From contig DMMB01000069.1 in NCBI GenBank assembly GCA_003453215.1, forward strand, positions 22,810 through 86,809: 64,000 nucleotides of DNA, written 5' to 3'. This DNA is from Oscillospiraceae bacterium (GTDB lineage: Bacteria; Bacillota; Clostridia; Oscillospirales; Ruminococcaceae). Shown one piece after another: positions 29,712 to 39,117 of this stretch. The position numbers were made by a program, and so were the translations under genes. Within the stretch, counting starts at the first letter, position 1. The number at the start of each line of letters is the position of its first letter. The notes beneath the pieces are model-generated. The model ran no database searches. It was not told the origin of the DNA and saw only the letters and a program-made list of their open reading frames with translations.

Positions 29712-30809
29712 TTACACATTAAAGCGGAACAGCACCACATCGCCGTCCTGCATCACATACTCTTTTCCCTCACTGCGGATCAGGCCCTTTTCCTTTGCGG
29801 CCTGCAGGGAACCGCACTCGATCAGTGTCTCATAGGGTACCACCTCGGCCCGGATAAAGCCGCGTTCAAAATCACTGTGGATTTTGCCGGCTGCCTGCGG
29901 TGCCTTGGTACCCTTGGTAATGGTCCAGGCGCGCACCTCCGGTTTCCCTGCCGTCAGGAAGCTGATAAGCCCCAACAAATCGTAGCCTGCCGTCACCAGG
30001 CGGTCCAGGCCGGATTGATGCAGTCCCAGTTCCTCCAGGAACATCTGCCGGTCCTCCGGCTCCATCTGGCTCAGCTCTTCTTCTATCTTGCCGCAGATGG
30101 GCACCACGCGGCTGCCCTCCGCCTCGGCAATCTCCACTACCTGCCGGTAAAGCGGATTCTCATTCAGATCCCCCGCAAAGTCGGCTTCGCTCAGGTTTGC
30201 CACATAGATGACCGGCTTGTTGGAAAGCAGTGGGCAATCGGCAATGAGTTCCTTTTCTTCCTCGGTACAGGGGAAGTTCCGGGCGGATTTTCCTTCCCCC
30301 AGCCACTCGTTCAGCCGTTCAAAGACCGCCGCCTCTGCCAACGGTTTTTTATCGCCGCCCTTTGCTGCCTTTTTGCAGCGGTCAATCCGCCGCTCCACCA
30401 AATCAATATCGGAGAGCACCAGTTCCAGATTGATGGTTTCAATATCCCGGGCCGGGCCAATTTCGCCGCTGACATGGACAATTTCCCCATCATTAAAGCA
30501 GCGCACCACATGAATAATGGCATCCACTTCCCGGATATGGGAAAGGAACTTATTGCCGAGGCCTTCCCCCTGGGAAGCGCCCTTTACCAGACCTGCAATA
30601 TCCACAAATTCAATGACCGCCGGGGTCACTTTATCGGGGGAATACATCTCGCACAGCTTGTCCAGGCGGGGATCCGGCACCGGTACAATGCCAACATTCG
30701 GTTCGATGGTGCAAAAAGGGTAATTTGCCGCACCGGCGCTGCCCCCGGTCAGGGCATTAAATATGGTGCTTTTCCCAACATTTGGGAGCCCTACGATACC
30801 TAATTTCAT
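29712..30809 (-). CDS. ychF: Redox-regulated ATPase YchF
   Basis: GIVGLPNVGKST, NYPFCTIEPN, DIAGLVKGAS, EGKEYVMQDGDV..FRFNV. Confidence 0.98.
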   Translation of the reverse strand: MKLGIVGLPNVGKSTIFNALTGGSAGAANYPFCTIEPNVGIVPVPDPRLDKLCEMYSPDKVTPAVIEFVDIAGLVKGASQGEGLGNKFLSHIREVDAIIHVVRCFNDGEIVHVSGEIGPARDIETINLELVLSDIDLVERRIDRCKKAAKGGDKKPLAEAAVFERLNEWLGEGKSARNFPCTEEEKELIADCPLLSNKPVIYVANLSEADFAGDLNENPLYRQVVEIAEAEGSRVVPICGKIEEELSQMEPEDRQMFLEELGLHQSGLDRLVTAGYDLLGLISFLTAGKPEVRAWTITKGTKAPQAAGKIHSDFERGFIRAEVVPYETLIECGSLQAAKEKGLIRSEGKEYVMQDGDVVLFRFNV

Positions 30810-30932
30810 ATATCTCTACATCTCCTTAAAAAGTCTTTGTTTTACGGGGTTTTTGCGGTTTTATGTTTTTTGTTTACGCCATTTTTACGCCATTTGCGCG
30901 TTTGGATCTATGGGGCTTCATCAGTCAATACC

Positions 30933-30985
30933 ATAAAATTATAACAGATAGGCGCTTTTCTCTCAAGGTGTTTTTCGAATTTTGT
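30933..30985 (-). repeat. Copy 1 of ~53-bp duplicated segment containing the ychF promoter
   Basis: Minus strand TTGAGA-N17-TATAAT; 26 bp CTCTCAAGGTGTTTTTCGAATTTTGT (30960-85) identical to 34333-58. Confidence 0.85.
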
Positions 30986-31075
30986 GGGCAGGTGATCTAT
31001 CATTATGCTGTATCCTAAGCCAAAGCGGAAGGACACCCATGGGGTCTCCTCCCGCTTCAAGTATTTATTTGGTTT

Positions 31076-31852
31076 TCATCGTCTGGTCATGATATAACGG
31101 TCTTTATATTCCAGCACGGCTATTTCCCCGTATATTTTGCCAAGTGCCGCTTCTATCTCCGCGCGGCTGGTGTTTCTCATATCAATTTCGTTCGCTATGG
31201 TGCCGTCTTGCATCAGCAGCAGGCGGTCACAGTAGCTCAGGGCAAAGTTAGGGTCGTGCAGGGTGATAAGCCCTGCTTGCTGCCGCTCATGCAGCACCTC
31301 TCTTATTTTTTCCAGCACCATGTGCCGGTTGACAAAATCCAATGCGCTGTCTGGCTCGTCCATCAGCATCGCCGGCGTATCCTGCGAAAGGGCGCGCGCC
31401 AAAATGACCAGCTGCTTCTGACCCTCGCTTAAGGTGGCGTAGTCCCGCCCCGCCAGCTCTGCCAGCCCCAAATGGGTCAGATTCTCCATGGCAATTCGGC
31501 GGTGCGCTTCGCCGGGGGAGTCCAAAAGACGCAGCCGGGCGTTAAAGCCCATCAGCACGACCTCCAGCACGGTTTTACCCATGATAGGGCTGCCGCGCTG
31601 CGGGATATAACTCATCAGGCGGGCGCGGCTTTTCTCGTCCAGATGGGTGGTTTCGGTCTCCCCCACCATACAGCTGCCCTCTTTCATCGGCAGCAGACCG
31701 CAGGCAGCGCGCAGCAGAGTGGTCTTGCCGCAGCCATTCAGTCCCAGCAGCGCGCAGAATTCCCCGCCTTCTACCGCAAGGGAAGCCCCGCGGACAATTT
31801 CCTTGCTGCCATATCCGGTATGGATATTCTGCAAAGAAAGCAATGTGCTCAT
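31076..31852 (-). CDS. Metal-chelate ABC transporter ATP-binding protein
   Basis: GLNGCGKTT, LSEGQKQ, MDEPD. Confidence 0.93.
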   Translation of the reverse strand: MSTLLSLQNIHTGYGSKEIVRGASLAVEGGEFCALLGLNGCGKTTLLRAACGLLPMKEGSCMVGETETTHLDEKSRARLMSYIPQRGSPIMGKTVLEVVLMGFNARLRLLDSPGEAHRRIAMENLTHLGLAELAGRDYATLSEGQKQLVILARALSQDTPAMLMDEPDSALDFVNRHMVLEKIREVLHERQQAGLITLHDPNFALSYCDRLLLMQDGTIANEIDMRNTSRAEIEAALGKIYGEIAVLEYKDRYIMTRR

Positions 31853-32907
31853 ACCTTGCCCTCCTTGCGCTTACACATAAAGTACACCAGCACCGGCACA
31901 CCGATGATAGTAGTAAGAATACTGATGGGCAGCCCGCCAGCATACAGGCTGCGGGCAAAAATATCTGCTACCAGCATCACGGCAGCGCCCACCATGGCGG
32001 AAAGCACCATAGTATCGGTATTTTCCCGTTTTATCATCATGCGGGCGATGTGCGGGGCGATAAGCCCGATAAAGGAGATCAGTCCCGTAATGCTGACGAT
32101 TGAGGCAACCAGCAGGGTGGAAAGGGTGAGCACCGTCAGCCTTACCCGATACAGCCGCACCCCCAGTGTCCGGCATTCCTCTTCATTCAAAGAGAGAAGT
32201 CCTACTTGGCGGTGCAGCAAAAACAGCCCCACAAAACCGATCAGCCAAAACGGCAGGATAGAGAGCACCTTGGAGGCTGTGACACCCGCAAAGGAGCCCA
32301 TCGTCCAATACTCGATGGCAGCCAGGTTGGACTCGCTGTCGGCATAGTACTTCAGCAGCATAATGACCGACTTGGCGACCGCCGAGATAACGATACCCGC
32401 CAGCACATAAGTAGCGGTGGTATTGGCACGGGTCGCCCGCACCAGCAGCATCACAAATGCCACAGCAAGCAATCCGCCCACAAAGGCACCCAGCGCAATG
32501 CCGCCCACACCGATGCCGACACTGACAATGGCAATGGCGGCGCCCAGATTGGCGCCGCTGGAAACACCGATGATATCAGGGGACGCCAACGGATTGCGAA
32601 AGATCATCTGATAAACGGAGCCGGCAACGCCCAACCCCGCACCCGCCATCACACCCATGCAGGTGCGGGGCAGCCGCAGCGTGAAAAAGACCTTGCGGGT
32701 CATGGCGCTGACATCCCCGCCGGTCAGAATAGAAATGATCTCCCGTACCAAAATGGGGTAATTGCCGATGCAGATGGAGGCGATGAAACCCACGACAATG
32801 CACGCCCCTACCAGCCAGTAGGAGCGGATCACGGGTTTTCGGTTTTGCAGCATGGTTTCCTGCATAGTGTCTCCCTCTAATTCCACAGTGGGTTTATTGT
32901 ACCGCAT
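31849..32907 (-). CDS. FecCD/BtuC-family ABC permease (start may be 32865)
   Basis: LRLPR, FRNPLASPDIIG, GLISFIGLIAPH. Confidence 0.92.
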   Translation of the reverse strand: MRYNKPTVELEGDTMQETMLQNRKPVIRSYWLVGACIVVGFIASICIGNYPILVREIISILTGGDVSAMTRKVFFTLRLPRTCMGVMAGAGLGVAGSVYQMIFRNPLASPDIIGVSSGANLGAAIAIVSVGIGVGGIALGAFVGGLLAVAFVMLLVRATRANTTATYVLAGIVISAVAKSVIMLLKYYADSESNLAAIEYWTMGSFAGVTASKVLSILPFWLIGFVGLFLLHRQVGLLSLNEEECRTLGVRLYRVRLTVLTLSTLLVASIVSITGLISFIGLIAPHIARMMIKRENTDTMVLSAMVGAAVMLVADIFARSLYAGGLPISILTTIIGVPVLVYFMCKRKEGKV

Positions 32908-32989
32908 ACGCCGTTAAAAAGCAAACAACGGGCAGAAAAAAACGGGATACCGCACGCAGCAGTATCCCGTAGGTCATTCCAAAGAGGAA

Positions 32990-34069
32990 TCAGGCAGCCT
33001 GATCCAACGCAACATGGAAACCGTAGAAGGTGGAGTAGAACTCATCGGCATCTGCGGCAAACTGCTCGGCGGTGTACAGCTCAGGGTGCAGGGTGTGCAG
33101 CATCCACAGGGTACCCAAGATACCGGAGGGAACGGGGGAATCCCAAGCCTCAAAGCCGACGGGCATCTGATAAACGGCACCGTTCTTCACAGCGGTCACA
33201 TCGGCAAAAGTGGCGTTGTTCAGCACATCCTCGGCGGTGTAATCAGGGCTGCTTACGGCAAAGTTATCGGTGGGGATCACGATCACATCGGGGTTCATGG
33301 TCAGGAAGGTCTCGTTATCAATGTCGGTCCAGGAGGTACCCTCCAGCACATCACCGGCGTTCTTGCCGCCCGCGGTGGTGATGAGGGAAGCCTGATACAT
33401 CTCCTTGGGAGCAGTGCGCAGGATATCGCTGGTGCTGCCGATATACACGACAGGCTTCTGGTCATCGGTCAGATCCTTAGTCAGTTCTGCCACAGCCGCC
33501 AGCTTGGTATTGTAGTACTCGATCAGCGCGGTCGCTTTCTCCATGCTGTTGGTGGCGGTGCCGATGAGAGTAAACATTTCCATCAGCTGCTCATGGCTTT
33601 CCGGCAGGACCAGCAGGGTGGCAATACCCATTTCGGAAAGGGTCTGGGCAGTGTCCTTCTGCTTCATGGGCAGAATAACAAGATCGGGATTGGCATTGAC
33701 GCAGGCTTCCAGATCAAAAGCCTTGGCAGAGCCGACATTGGGCAGGTCGATAAGGGCGGGCGCCGCCAGCTGGTAAATAGGGCGTTTGGTGGATTTATCC
33801 TCGATGCCGACCATCTTATCGGAAAGTCCCAGCGCAATGCAGGCAGAGGAGGAAATGTAGTAGCCGGAAACGATACGCTCGGGCTCTTTCTCCAAGGTAA
33901 CTTCACGACCAGCCATATCGGTCACGGTAAGAGGATAGGTAACGGCGGGAGTGGGATCGGGAGTGGGCTCCGGATCGGGAGCGGGGGTAGGCTCGTTGCC
34001 GCAGGCAGCAAAGGAAGCCACCATGATGACCGCCAGCAGCAGTGCCAGCAGTTTGTTCATACGCTTCAT
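32990..34069 (-). CDS. ABC substrate-binding lipoprotein (FecB/BtuF class)
   Basis: FAAC lipobox, Pro-rich linker, YPLTVTDMAGREVTL..EPERIV, AVKNGAVY. Confidence 0.92.
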   Translation of the reverse strand: MKRMNKLLALLLAVIMVASFAACGNEPTPAPDPEPTPDPTPAVTYPLTVTDMAGREVTLEKEPERIVSGYYISSSACIALGLSDKMVGIEDKSTKRPIYQLAAPALIDLPNVGSAKAFDLEACVNANPDLVILPMKQKDTAQTLSEMGIATLLVLPESHEQLMEMFTLIGTATNSMEKATALIEYYNTKLAAVAELTKDLTDDQKPVVYIGSTSDILRTAPKEMYQASLITTAGGKNAGDVLEGTSWTDIDNETFLTMNPDVIVIPTDNFAVSSPDYTAEDVLNNATFADVTAVKNGAVYQMPVGFEAWDSPVPSGILGTLWMLHTLHPELYTAEQFAADADEFYSTFYGFHVALDQAA

Positions 34070-34140
34070 AAATCTTCTTTCTCCTTTTATCTAATTATAG
34101 AATAGCGCATCGTTATTCTACTGCATGCTAAACCGTTTGT

Positions 34141-34166
34141 CAATACGGAATAAGTTTTCCGTATTG
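34141..34166. promoter_or_regulatory. Perfect inverted repeat upstream of ABC operon 2
   Basis: CAATACGGAA-N6-TTCCGTATTG. Confidence 0.55.
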
Positions 34167-34306
34167 TCTTATTATATGGAATGCTTTATAAACACCATTC
34201 GAAAATAAGTTCGGACATTGGTATCCGTTACAAACGCGTAGTCGTTTTAAGCCATCTGAAGCCATTCAATAAAGTTCTCGATGGCTTCAACTTTTTCTTT
34301 TGCATG

Positions 34307-34358
34307 ATAAAATTACAGCAGAAAGAAGCCCCCTCTCAAGGTGTTTTTCGAATTTTGT
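34307..34358 (-). repeat. Copy 2 of duplicated promoter segment
   Basis: ATAAAATTACAGCAGAAAGAAGCCCCCTCTCAAGGTGTTTTTCGAATTTTGT aligns with 30933-30985. Confidence 0.85.
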
Positions 34359-34449
34359 ACCCGATGAGGTCTGTGGCGTCTTTCAAATTCATTTCTTTTC
34401 CCGTTTTTACTATTGACCCCGCGTCTCTCTTTTCTCCCGATAAAAATTC

Positions 34450-34478
34450 TTGACATCCCGCCCGACAATTTGTACTCT
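34450..34478 (+). promoter_or_regulatory. sigma-A-type promoter of second ECF locus
   Basis: TTGACA-N17-TACTCT. Confidence 0.55.
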
Positions 34479-34514
34479 TAAATCGTATCATCTTACAGAA
34501 GGGAAGTATCTGCC

Positions 34515-34988
34515 ATACCGTCCGATTTTGAAGCCTTCTATCTGCGGCACTACCGGGCCATCTACCGGGTCTGCTTTGCTTTCCTCAAAAATGCTGCCGA
34601 TGCCGAAGACTGCACCGAGGATACCTTTGTCCGCGCCATGACGGCCGAGGTCACTTTCCAAAATGAACGCCACGAGCGCAGCTGGCTCACCACCACCGCC
34701 ATGAATCTCTGCAAAGGCCGTCTGAAGCACTGGTGGAACAAAAAGACTTCCCCCCTGGAGGAAGAACTGGAGCAGCCCGCCCCGGAGCAGGAGGATCTCA
34801 GCGCCGTCACCGCAGCGGTGCAGGCTCTCCCGGTCAAGTATAAGGAAGTGGTCTGGCTTTATTATTACGAAGGCTACGGCACCGATGAAATCGCGGCCAT
34901 GCTGCACCGGCCGCCATCTACGGTGCGCAATCAGCTGCGGGATGCCCGCGCAAAACTAAAAGATCGGCTGGGAGGGGAAGAACTGTGA
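34515..34988 (+). CDS. ECF sigma factor, probable ATA start
   Basis: The frame of ORF 34638-34988 stays open upstream and encodes region 2 (FEAFYLRHYRAIYRVCF...DAEDCTEDTF). The only RBS-associated start is ATA at 34515 after AAGGGAAG. Confidence 0.85.
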   Translation: MPSDFEAFYLRHYRAIYRVCFAFLKNAADAEDCTEDTFVRAMTAEVTFQNERHERSWLTTTAMNLCKGRLKHWWNKKTSPLEEELEQPAPEQEDLSAVTAAVQALPVKYKEVVWLYYYEGYGTDEIAAMLHRPPSTVRNQLRDARAKLKDRLGGEEL

Positions 34989-35626
34989 ACCAAAACGAAA
35001 TCAAAAAGGCGCTGGAAGAAATAGAACCCGCTCCCGGTGCGCAGGAGCGGATGTATCAGAACATTCTGCGCAAAGCCGCTGAACAGCAGGCCGCCCCAAA
35101 GGAAGATAACATCACCGCTTTCCCCGCCCGCAAAAATCCCCAGTGGAAACGCTGGGGCAGCCTGGCCGCCTGCCTGGTGCTGGTGCTGGCCGCGGGGCTG
35201 CTGCTCCCCCGCCTGCGGAATAGTAACATTGAGCCGCCCGATCCGCCCGTTCTGGGCAATTCCCCCTACGAGGATGTCGCCGGCCCCGAAGACTTTGCAA
35301 AACTCGGCTTCACCATCGCGGCCCCGGCGGGAGCGGAAGACCTCTATTACTGCATCTACGATGGCGAAATTGCCCGGGTGGATTTCACTCTGAATGGCTG
35401 CGAATACACCTACGAAGCCGCCCAGCTTTCCGGCAACTTCTCCCGTCTGCAGGGAGAAGCCGACTCCACCTCCTCCCTCGATGCCGCCGTCCATGCCACT
35501 CTGGACCATCTCGCGGATGGTTCCTGGCGGGCCCACTGGCAGCAGGGTGAGCTCAGCTTTTACCTCACCAGTTCCACCGCCACCGAAAAGGAAATCACCG
35601 CCGTGGTGCTCTCCCTCCTTCCGTAA
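34985..35626 (+). CDS. Putative anti-sigma factor (single TM)
   Basis: Overlaps sigma stop; WKRWGSLAACLVLVL TM helix plus extracellular domain. Confidence 0.78.
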   Translation: MNQNEIKKALEEIEPAPGAQERMYQNILRKAAEQQAAPKEDNITAFPARKNPQWKRWGSLAACLVLVLAAGLLLPRLRNSNIEPPDPPVLGNSPYEDVAGPEDFAKLGFTIAAPAGAEDLYYCIYDGEIARVDFTLNGCEYTYEAAQLSGNFSRLQGEADSTSSLDAAVHATLDHLADGSWRAHWQQGELSFYLTSSTATEKEITAVVLSLLP

Positions 35627-35780
35627 AAAGACGCATACTTCACCCCATTTTCGGAGAGTTTCCCGCTCTCCGAAAATTTTTTTATTTTTTGGCCGACAAA
35701 TTCCGCCCCTCCATCGTATGGATAGATGAACAGGAAAAAGAAATCCTTCCCCCCAATTCATTTCGATAAGGAGAAAAATT

Positions 35781-36410
35781 ATGAAACGTATTATTACCCT
35801 TCTGCTGTCCCTGATGCTCGTCCTGTCCCTCGCCGCCTGCGGCAACAGCAATAATAACAGCGGCAAGACCGAAGTCACCCTCACCGCTGCCGAAGTCCTC
35901 GAGTCCCTCAAAAAGTCCCTGGGCGAAAGCTACACCAGCGATACCGCCGAAACCGAAGACCGCATGACCGGCTACTGGGGCCTTGATCTCAGCCAAGTGG
36001 AAAGCTGGGCGGCCGAAACCAACTCCAATTCCGCGCTCCAGTCCGATTGTGCCATTATCCTCAAGGTAAAAGACGGCTATGCCAATGACGCCGCCGCCCT
36101 GCTGCAAACCGGCTTCGATCAGATCGTCAGCTACAACCGTATGTACGATATGGATCTCCAGCGTGTCCTGCAGGGTCGCCTTTACATCAATGGCAATTAT
36201 GTCGCCCTCCTCATTGAGGGTCAGCAGGGCGACTGGCAGGCCAGTGCCGAAGATCAGGCTAAATTTGCCGCCGAAGAGGCCGCCAAGGTCGATGAAGCCT
36301 GGAAAGCCATCTTTGGGGCCGCTGTCAATGCCATCACCATCCCCGCCGATGACGGCAATTCGGGCTTCAATTTCAACGATGACGGCGAAGAGGGCCTGCT
36401 GGGCGGTTAA
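35781..36410 (+). CDS. DUF4358-like lipoprotein
   Basis: LAAC lipobox; AIILKVKDG...YNRMYD...NGNYVALLI. Confidence 0.8.
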   Translation: MKRIITLLLSLMLVLSLAACGNSNNNSGKTEVTLTAAEVLESLKKSLGESYTSDTAETEDRMTGYWGLDLSQVESWAAETNSNSALQSDCAIILKVKDGYANDAAALLQTGFDQIVSYNRMYDMDLQRVLQGRLYINGNYVALLIEGQQGDWQASAEDQAKFAAEEAAKVDEAWKAIFGAAVNAITIPADDGNSGFNFNDDGEEGLLGG

Positions 36411-36445
36411 GAAGTATCCGTCCTCTTTCGCGGAGGTATCAAAAA

Positions 36446-37839
36446 ATGGTCTTTTCCAGCCTTACATTTTTACAGTGCTTTCTGCCCCTCTGCCTGCTTT
36501 TCTATTTTCTGGCGCCGTCCAGGTGGCGCAATGGCGCATCCTCTTTCTGTTCAGCTTGCTGTTCTATGCCTGGGGCGAGCCGGTCTATGTGTTGCTCATG
36601 CTCTTTTCCACCGCGCTGAATTTTACCTGCGGCCAGATGGCAGAGCGTCACCGGGGCCAGAAGGGCGCCAAAATCGCGCTCCTGATCTCGGTCTGCACCA
36701 ACTTAGGGCTCCTTTGCCTTTTTAAGTACAGCGATTTTCTCATTGCTACCGTCAATTCCCTGTTTGGCACATCTCTTCCACAGCCGGGTCTGCCGCTGCC
36801 CATCGGCATCAGCTTTTATACCTTCCAGACCATGAGCTACACCATCGATGTTTACCGGGGCGAAGCCAAGGCCCAGAAGAATATCATCACCTTTGGCGCC
36901 TATGTCACCCTGTTCCCGCAGCTCATCGCCGGGCCCATCGTCCGCTATCAAACCGTAGCGGAGGAACTGGAGCACCGCACCTGCACCCCGGATCTCTTTG
37001 CCGAAGGGGTCAAACGCTTTGTCTGCGGTATGGGCAAAAAGGTGCTGCTGGCCAATAATATCGGCCTTCTGTGGGAAGCGGCCTCCGCACAAACGACGCC
37101 AACGGTGCTTACCGCCTGGCTGGGGGTCATTGCCTATGGCTTCCAGATCTATTTCGATTTTTCCGGCTACTCCGATATGGCCATCGGCCTGGGGCGTATG
37201 TTGGGCTTCCGTTTCCTCGAAAACTTCAATTACCCCTTCCTCGCCAATAGCATCACCGATTTTTGGCGGCGGTGGCACATTTCCATGGGCACCTGGTTCC
37301 GGGATTATGTCTATATTCCGTTGGGCGGGAACCGGGGCGGCCTCCTCCGGCAGCTGCGCAATATCGCCATCGTCTGGCTGCTCACCGGCTTTTGGCATGG
37401 CGCCAGCTGGAATTTCGTCCTGTGGGGCGTATACTTTGGCATTCTTCTGGTGCTGGAAAAGCTGTTTTTGCTGCGCTGGATCCAGAAATTGTCCTCCGCC
37501 CTGCAGCACCTTTATGCACTGGTGCTGGTGACGGGCAGCTGGACGCTCTTTGCTTTTCCCGATATTGGAAAAGGGGCGGCCTGGTTCCGGGCTATGTTCT
37601 CCGGGCCGCTATATGATAGCGGCAGCCTGTACCTGCTGCTGACCTATGGCCTTATGCTTGTCATTTGCGCTCTGGCGGCCACCCCGCTGGGGCGGCGCTG
37701 TTACGAAAAACTAAACGCCAAACTTGGCCCGCGGGTTCTCACCATCGCCGATTGCAGCGGACTGCTCTGTATTCTGGTCATGGCCGCGGCCTATCTTGTC
37801 AGCGGCAGCTACAATCCGTTCCTTTACTTCCGGTTTTGA
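36446..37839 (+). pseudogene. MBOAT O-acyltransferase with 2-bp frameshift near codon 31
   Basis: ATG 36446 (GGAGG RBS) gives MVFSSLTFLQCFLPL...WRNG. An extra GC at ~36535-37 shifts it out of the frame encoding ILFLFSLLFYAWGEP...DFSGYSDMA...FWRRWH...GFWHGA...FLYFRF. Confidence 0.82.
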
Positions 37840-37850
37840 GGTGAAAAACA

Positions 37851-38939
37851 ATGCGAAACAAAATGATAACCTCTTTCTTCTGCCTGCTGTTGGCTGTCTC
37901 AGCCCTCGCCGGGCTGTTCCTGCCGGATCGGTACTATTCGGAGCGGGAAAAGCGCACCCTGGCACAAAAGCCGACCTTTACGCTTGCCCAATTTATCTCC
38001 GGCCAATTTGGCGATGCGCTGGAAGACTACCTCACCGATCAGGTGCCCGGGCGCGATGACTGGGTGGCTATGAAAACCTATATGGAACTGGCCGCCGGCA
38101 AGCGGGAAAGCAATGGTGTCTACATTGCCAAAGATCAATATCTGATGGACAAGTTTACTTCCTACAGCAAAAAGCAGCTCACCGCCAATGCCGCTGCCCT
38201 CGCCGCCCTACAAAAGCAGTTGGCCGCCAAGGGCATTTCGATGGAAACCATCCTTGTCCCCATGGCTGCGCAGGTACTTACCGATAAGCTGCCCGCCTAT
38301 GCACCGGTGGCCGATTATGCTGCCATTCTTCAGGTGCTCACCGATTCCGGTCTTCATACCGTCGATGTGTTTTCCGCACTTTCGGCACACAAGGAAGAAG
38401 CCATCTACTATCGTACCGATCACCACTGGACCAGCCTGGGGGCCTACTATGCCTATTGTGCGTGGCGCAGCACCGCTCCCTCCGCCAGCGAATGGACGCA
38501 GGAAGTCCTCTGCAGCAGCTTTCGCGGCACCACCTGGAATAATGTTCCATTGGCCGAAGTCCCTGCTGAAGAAATCACCGCCTGGTACCGACACGCCAAT
38601 CGCCATGTTTCCTATAATAACGGCCAGTATGAAGCCGAAAGCATCTACGAGCGGAAATACCTTTCCGGCAGCGATCCGTATGCGGTGTTCCTGAATTCCA
38701 ACCAGGCGCTGACTGTCGTAGAAGGCAGCGGCCAAAGCGGCAAGCTTCTTCTCATCAAGGATTCCTACGGCAATACCTTTTCGCAGTTCCCGGTGGAAGA
38801 TTTTGCCGAAGTTCACGTCATTGATCTGCGCTTTTTCCAGGGCGACGTGATGAAATACGCCACAGAAAATGGCATTACCGATGTTCTGGTGCTGTATGGC
38901 ACCCAAAACTTCGTAAAAGATACCAATATTTCGTTTTAA
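37851..38939 (+). CDS. DHHW family protein (AlgJ/PatB-like O-acyltransferase partner)
   Basis: N-term TM, EKRTLAQKP, YYRTDHHWT, LLLIKDSYGN. Confidence 0.92.
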   Translation: MRNKMITSFFCLLLAVSALAGLFLPDRYYSEREKRTLAQKPTFTLAQFISGQFGDALEDYLTDQVPGRDDWVAMKTYMELAAGKRESNGVYIAKDQYLMDKFTSYSKKQLTANAAALAALQKQLAAKGISMETILVPMAAQVLTDKLPAYAPVADYAAILQVLTDSGLHTVDVFSALSAHKEEAIYYRTDHHWTSLGAYYAYCAWRSTAPSASEWTQEVLCSSFRGTTWNNVPLAEVPAEEITAWYRHANRHVSYNNGQYEAESIYERKYLSGSDPYAVFLNSNQALTVVEGSGQSGKLLLIKDSYGNTFSQFPVEDFAEVHVIDLRFFQGDVMKYATENGITDVLVLYGTQNFVKDTNISF

Positions 38940-38942
38940 TGC

Positions 38943-38980
38943 AAAAAAGCAGTCCCGTCTCTCCGGCCGGACTGCTTTTT
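38943..38980 (+). terminator. Rho-independent terminator
   Basis: AAAAAGCAGTCC/GGACTGCTTTTT. Confidence 0.8.
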
Positions 38981-39061
38981 CTTAACTATGCAGGCGTTCT
39001 TTCCCTTAAAGCCCTGCTCATTGTTTCTTTATTGCCTTCTTTTTTATTTTGGTGAATTGCC

Positions 39062-39083
39062 TGTAACATTAAAATATGTTACA
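39062..39083. promoter_or_regulatory. TGTAACA/TGTTACA operator upstream of lacI-like gene
   Basis: TGTAACAT-N6-ATGTTACA; same half-sites recur at 41295-41325 and 41405-41429. Confidence 0.7.
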
Positions 39084-39117
39084 ATTAGGGCGAAAATATT
39101 TATGAGGAGGGCTGCCC

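Noticed and set aside
34070..34330. Cobalamin riboswitch upstream of either BtuF-like importer
   Set aside because: No recognisable B12-box or conserved core by eye; only short inverted repeats. An Rfam scan would be decisive.
30810..34450. Active mobile element at ychF
   Set aside because: No integrase, transposase, relaxase or terminal inverted repeats; reported only as a possible scar.
36079..36445. N-terminal extension of the 586-aa MBOAT ORF
   Set aside because: Overlaps the lipoprotein gene and is an artefact of the frameshift; the real start is ATG 36446 in another frame.
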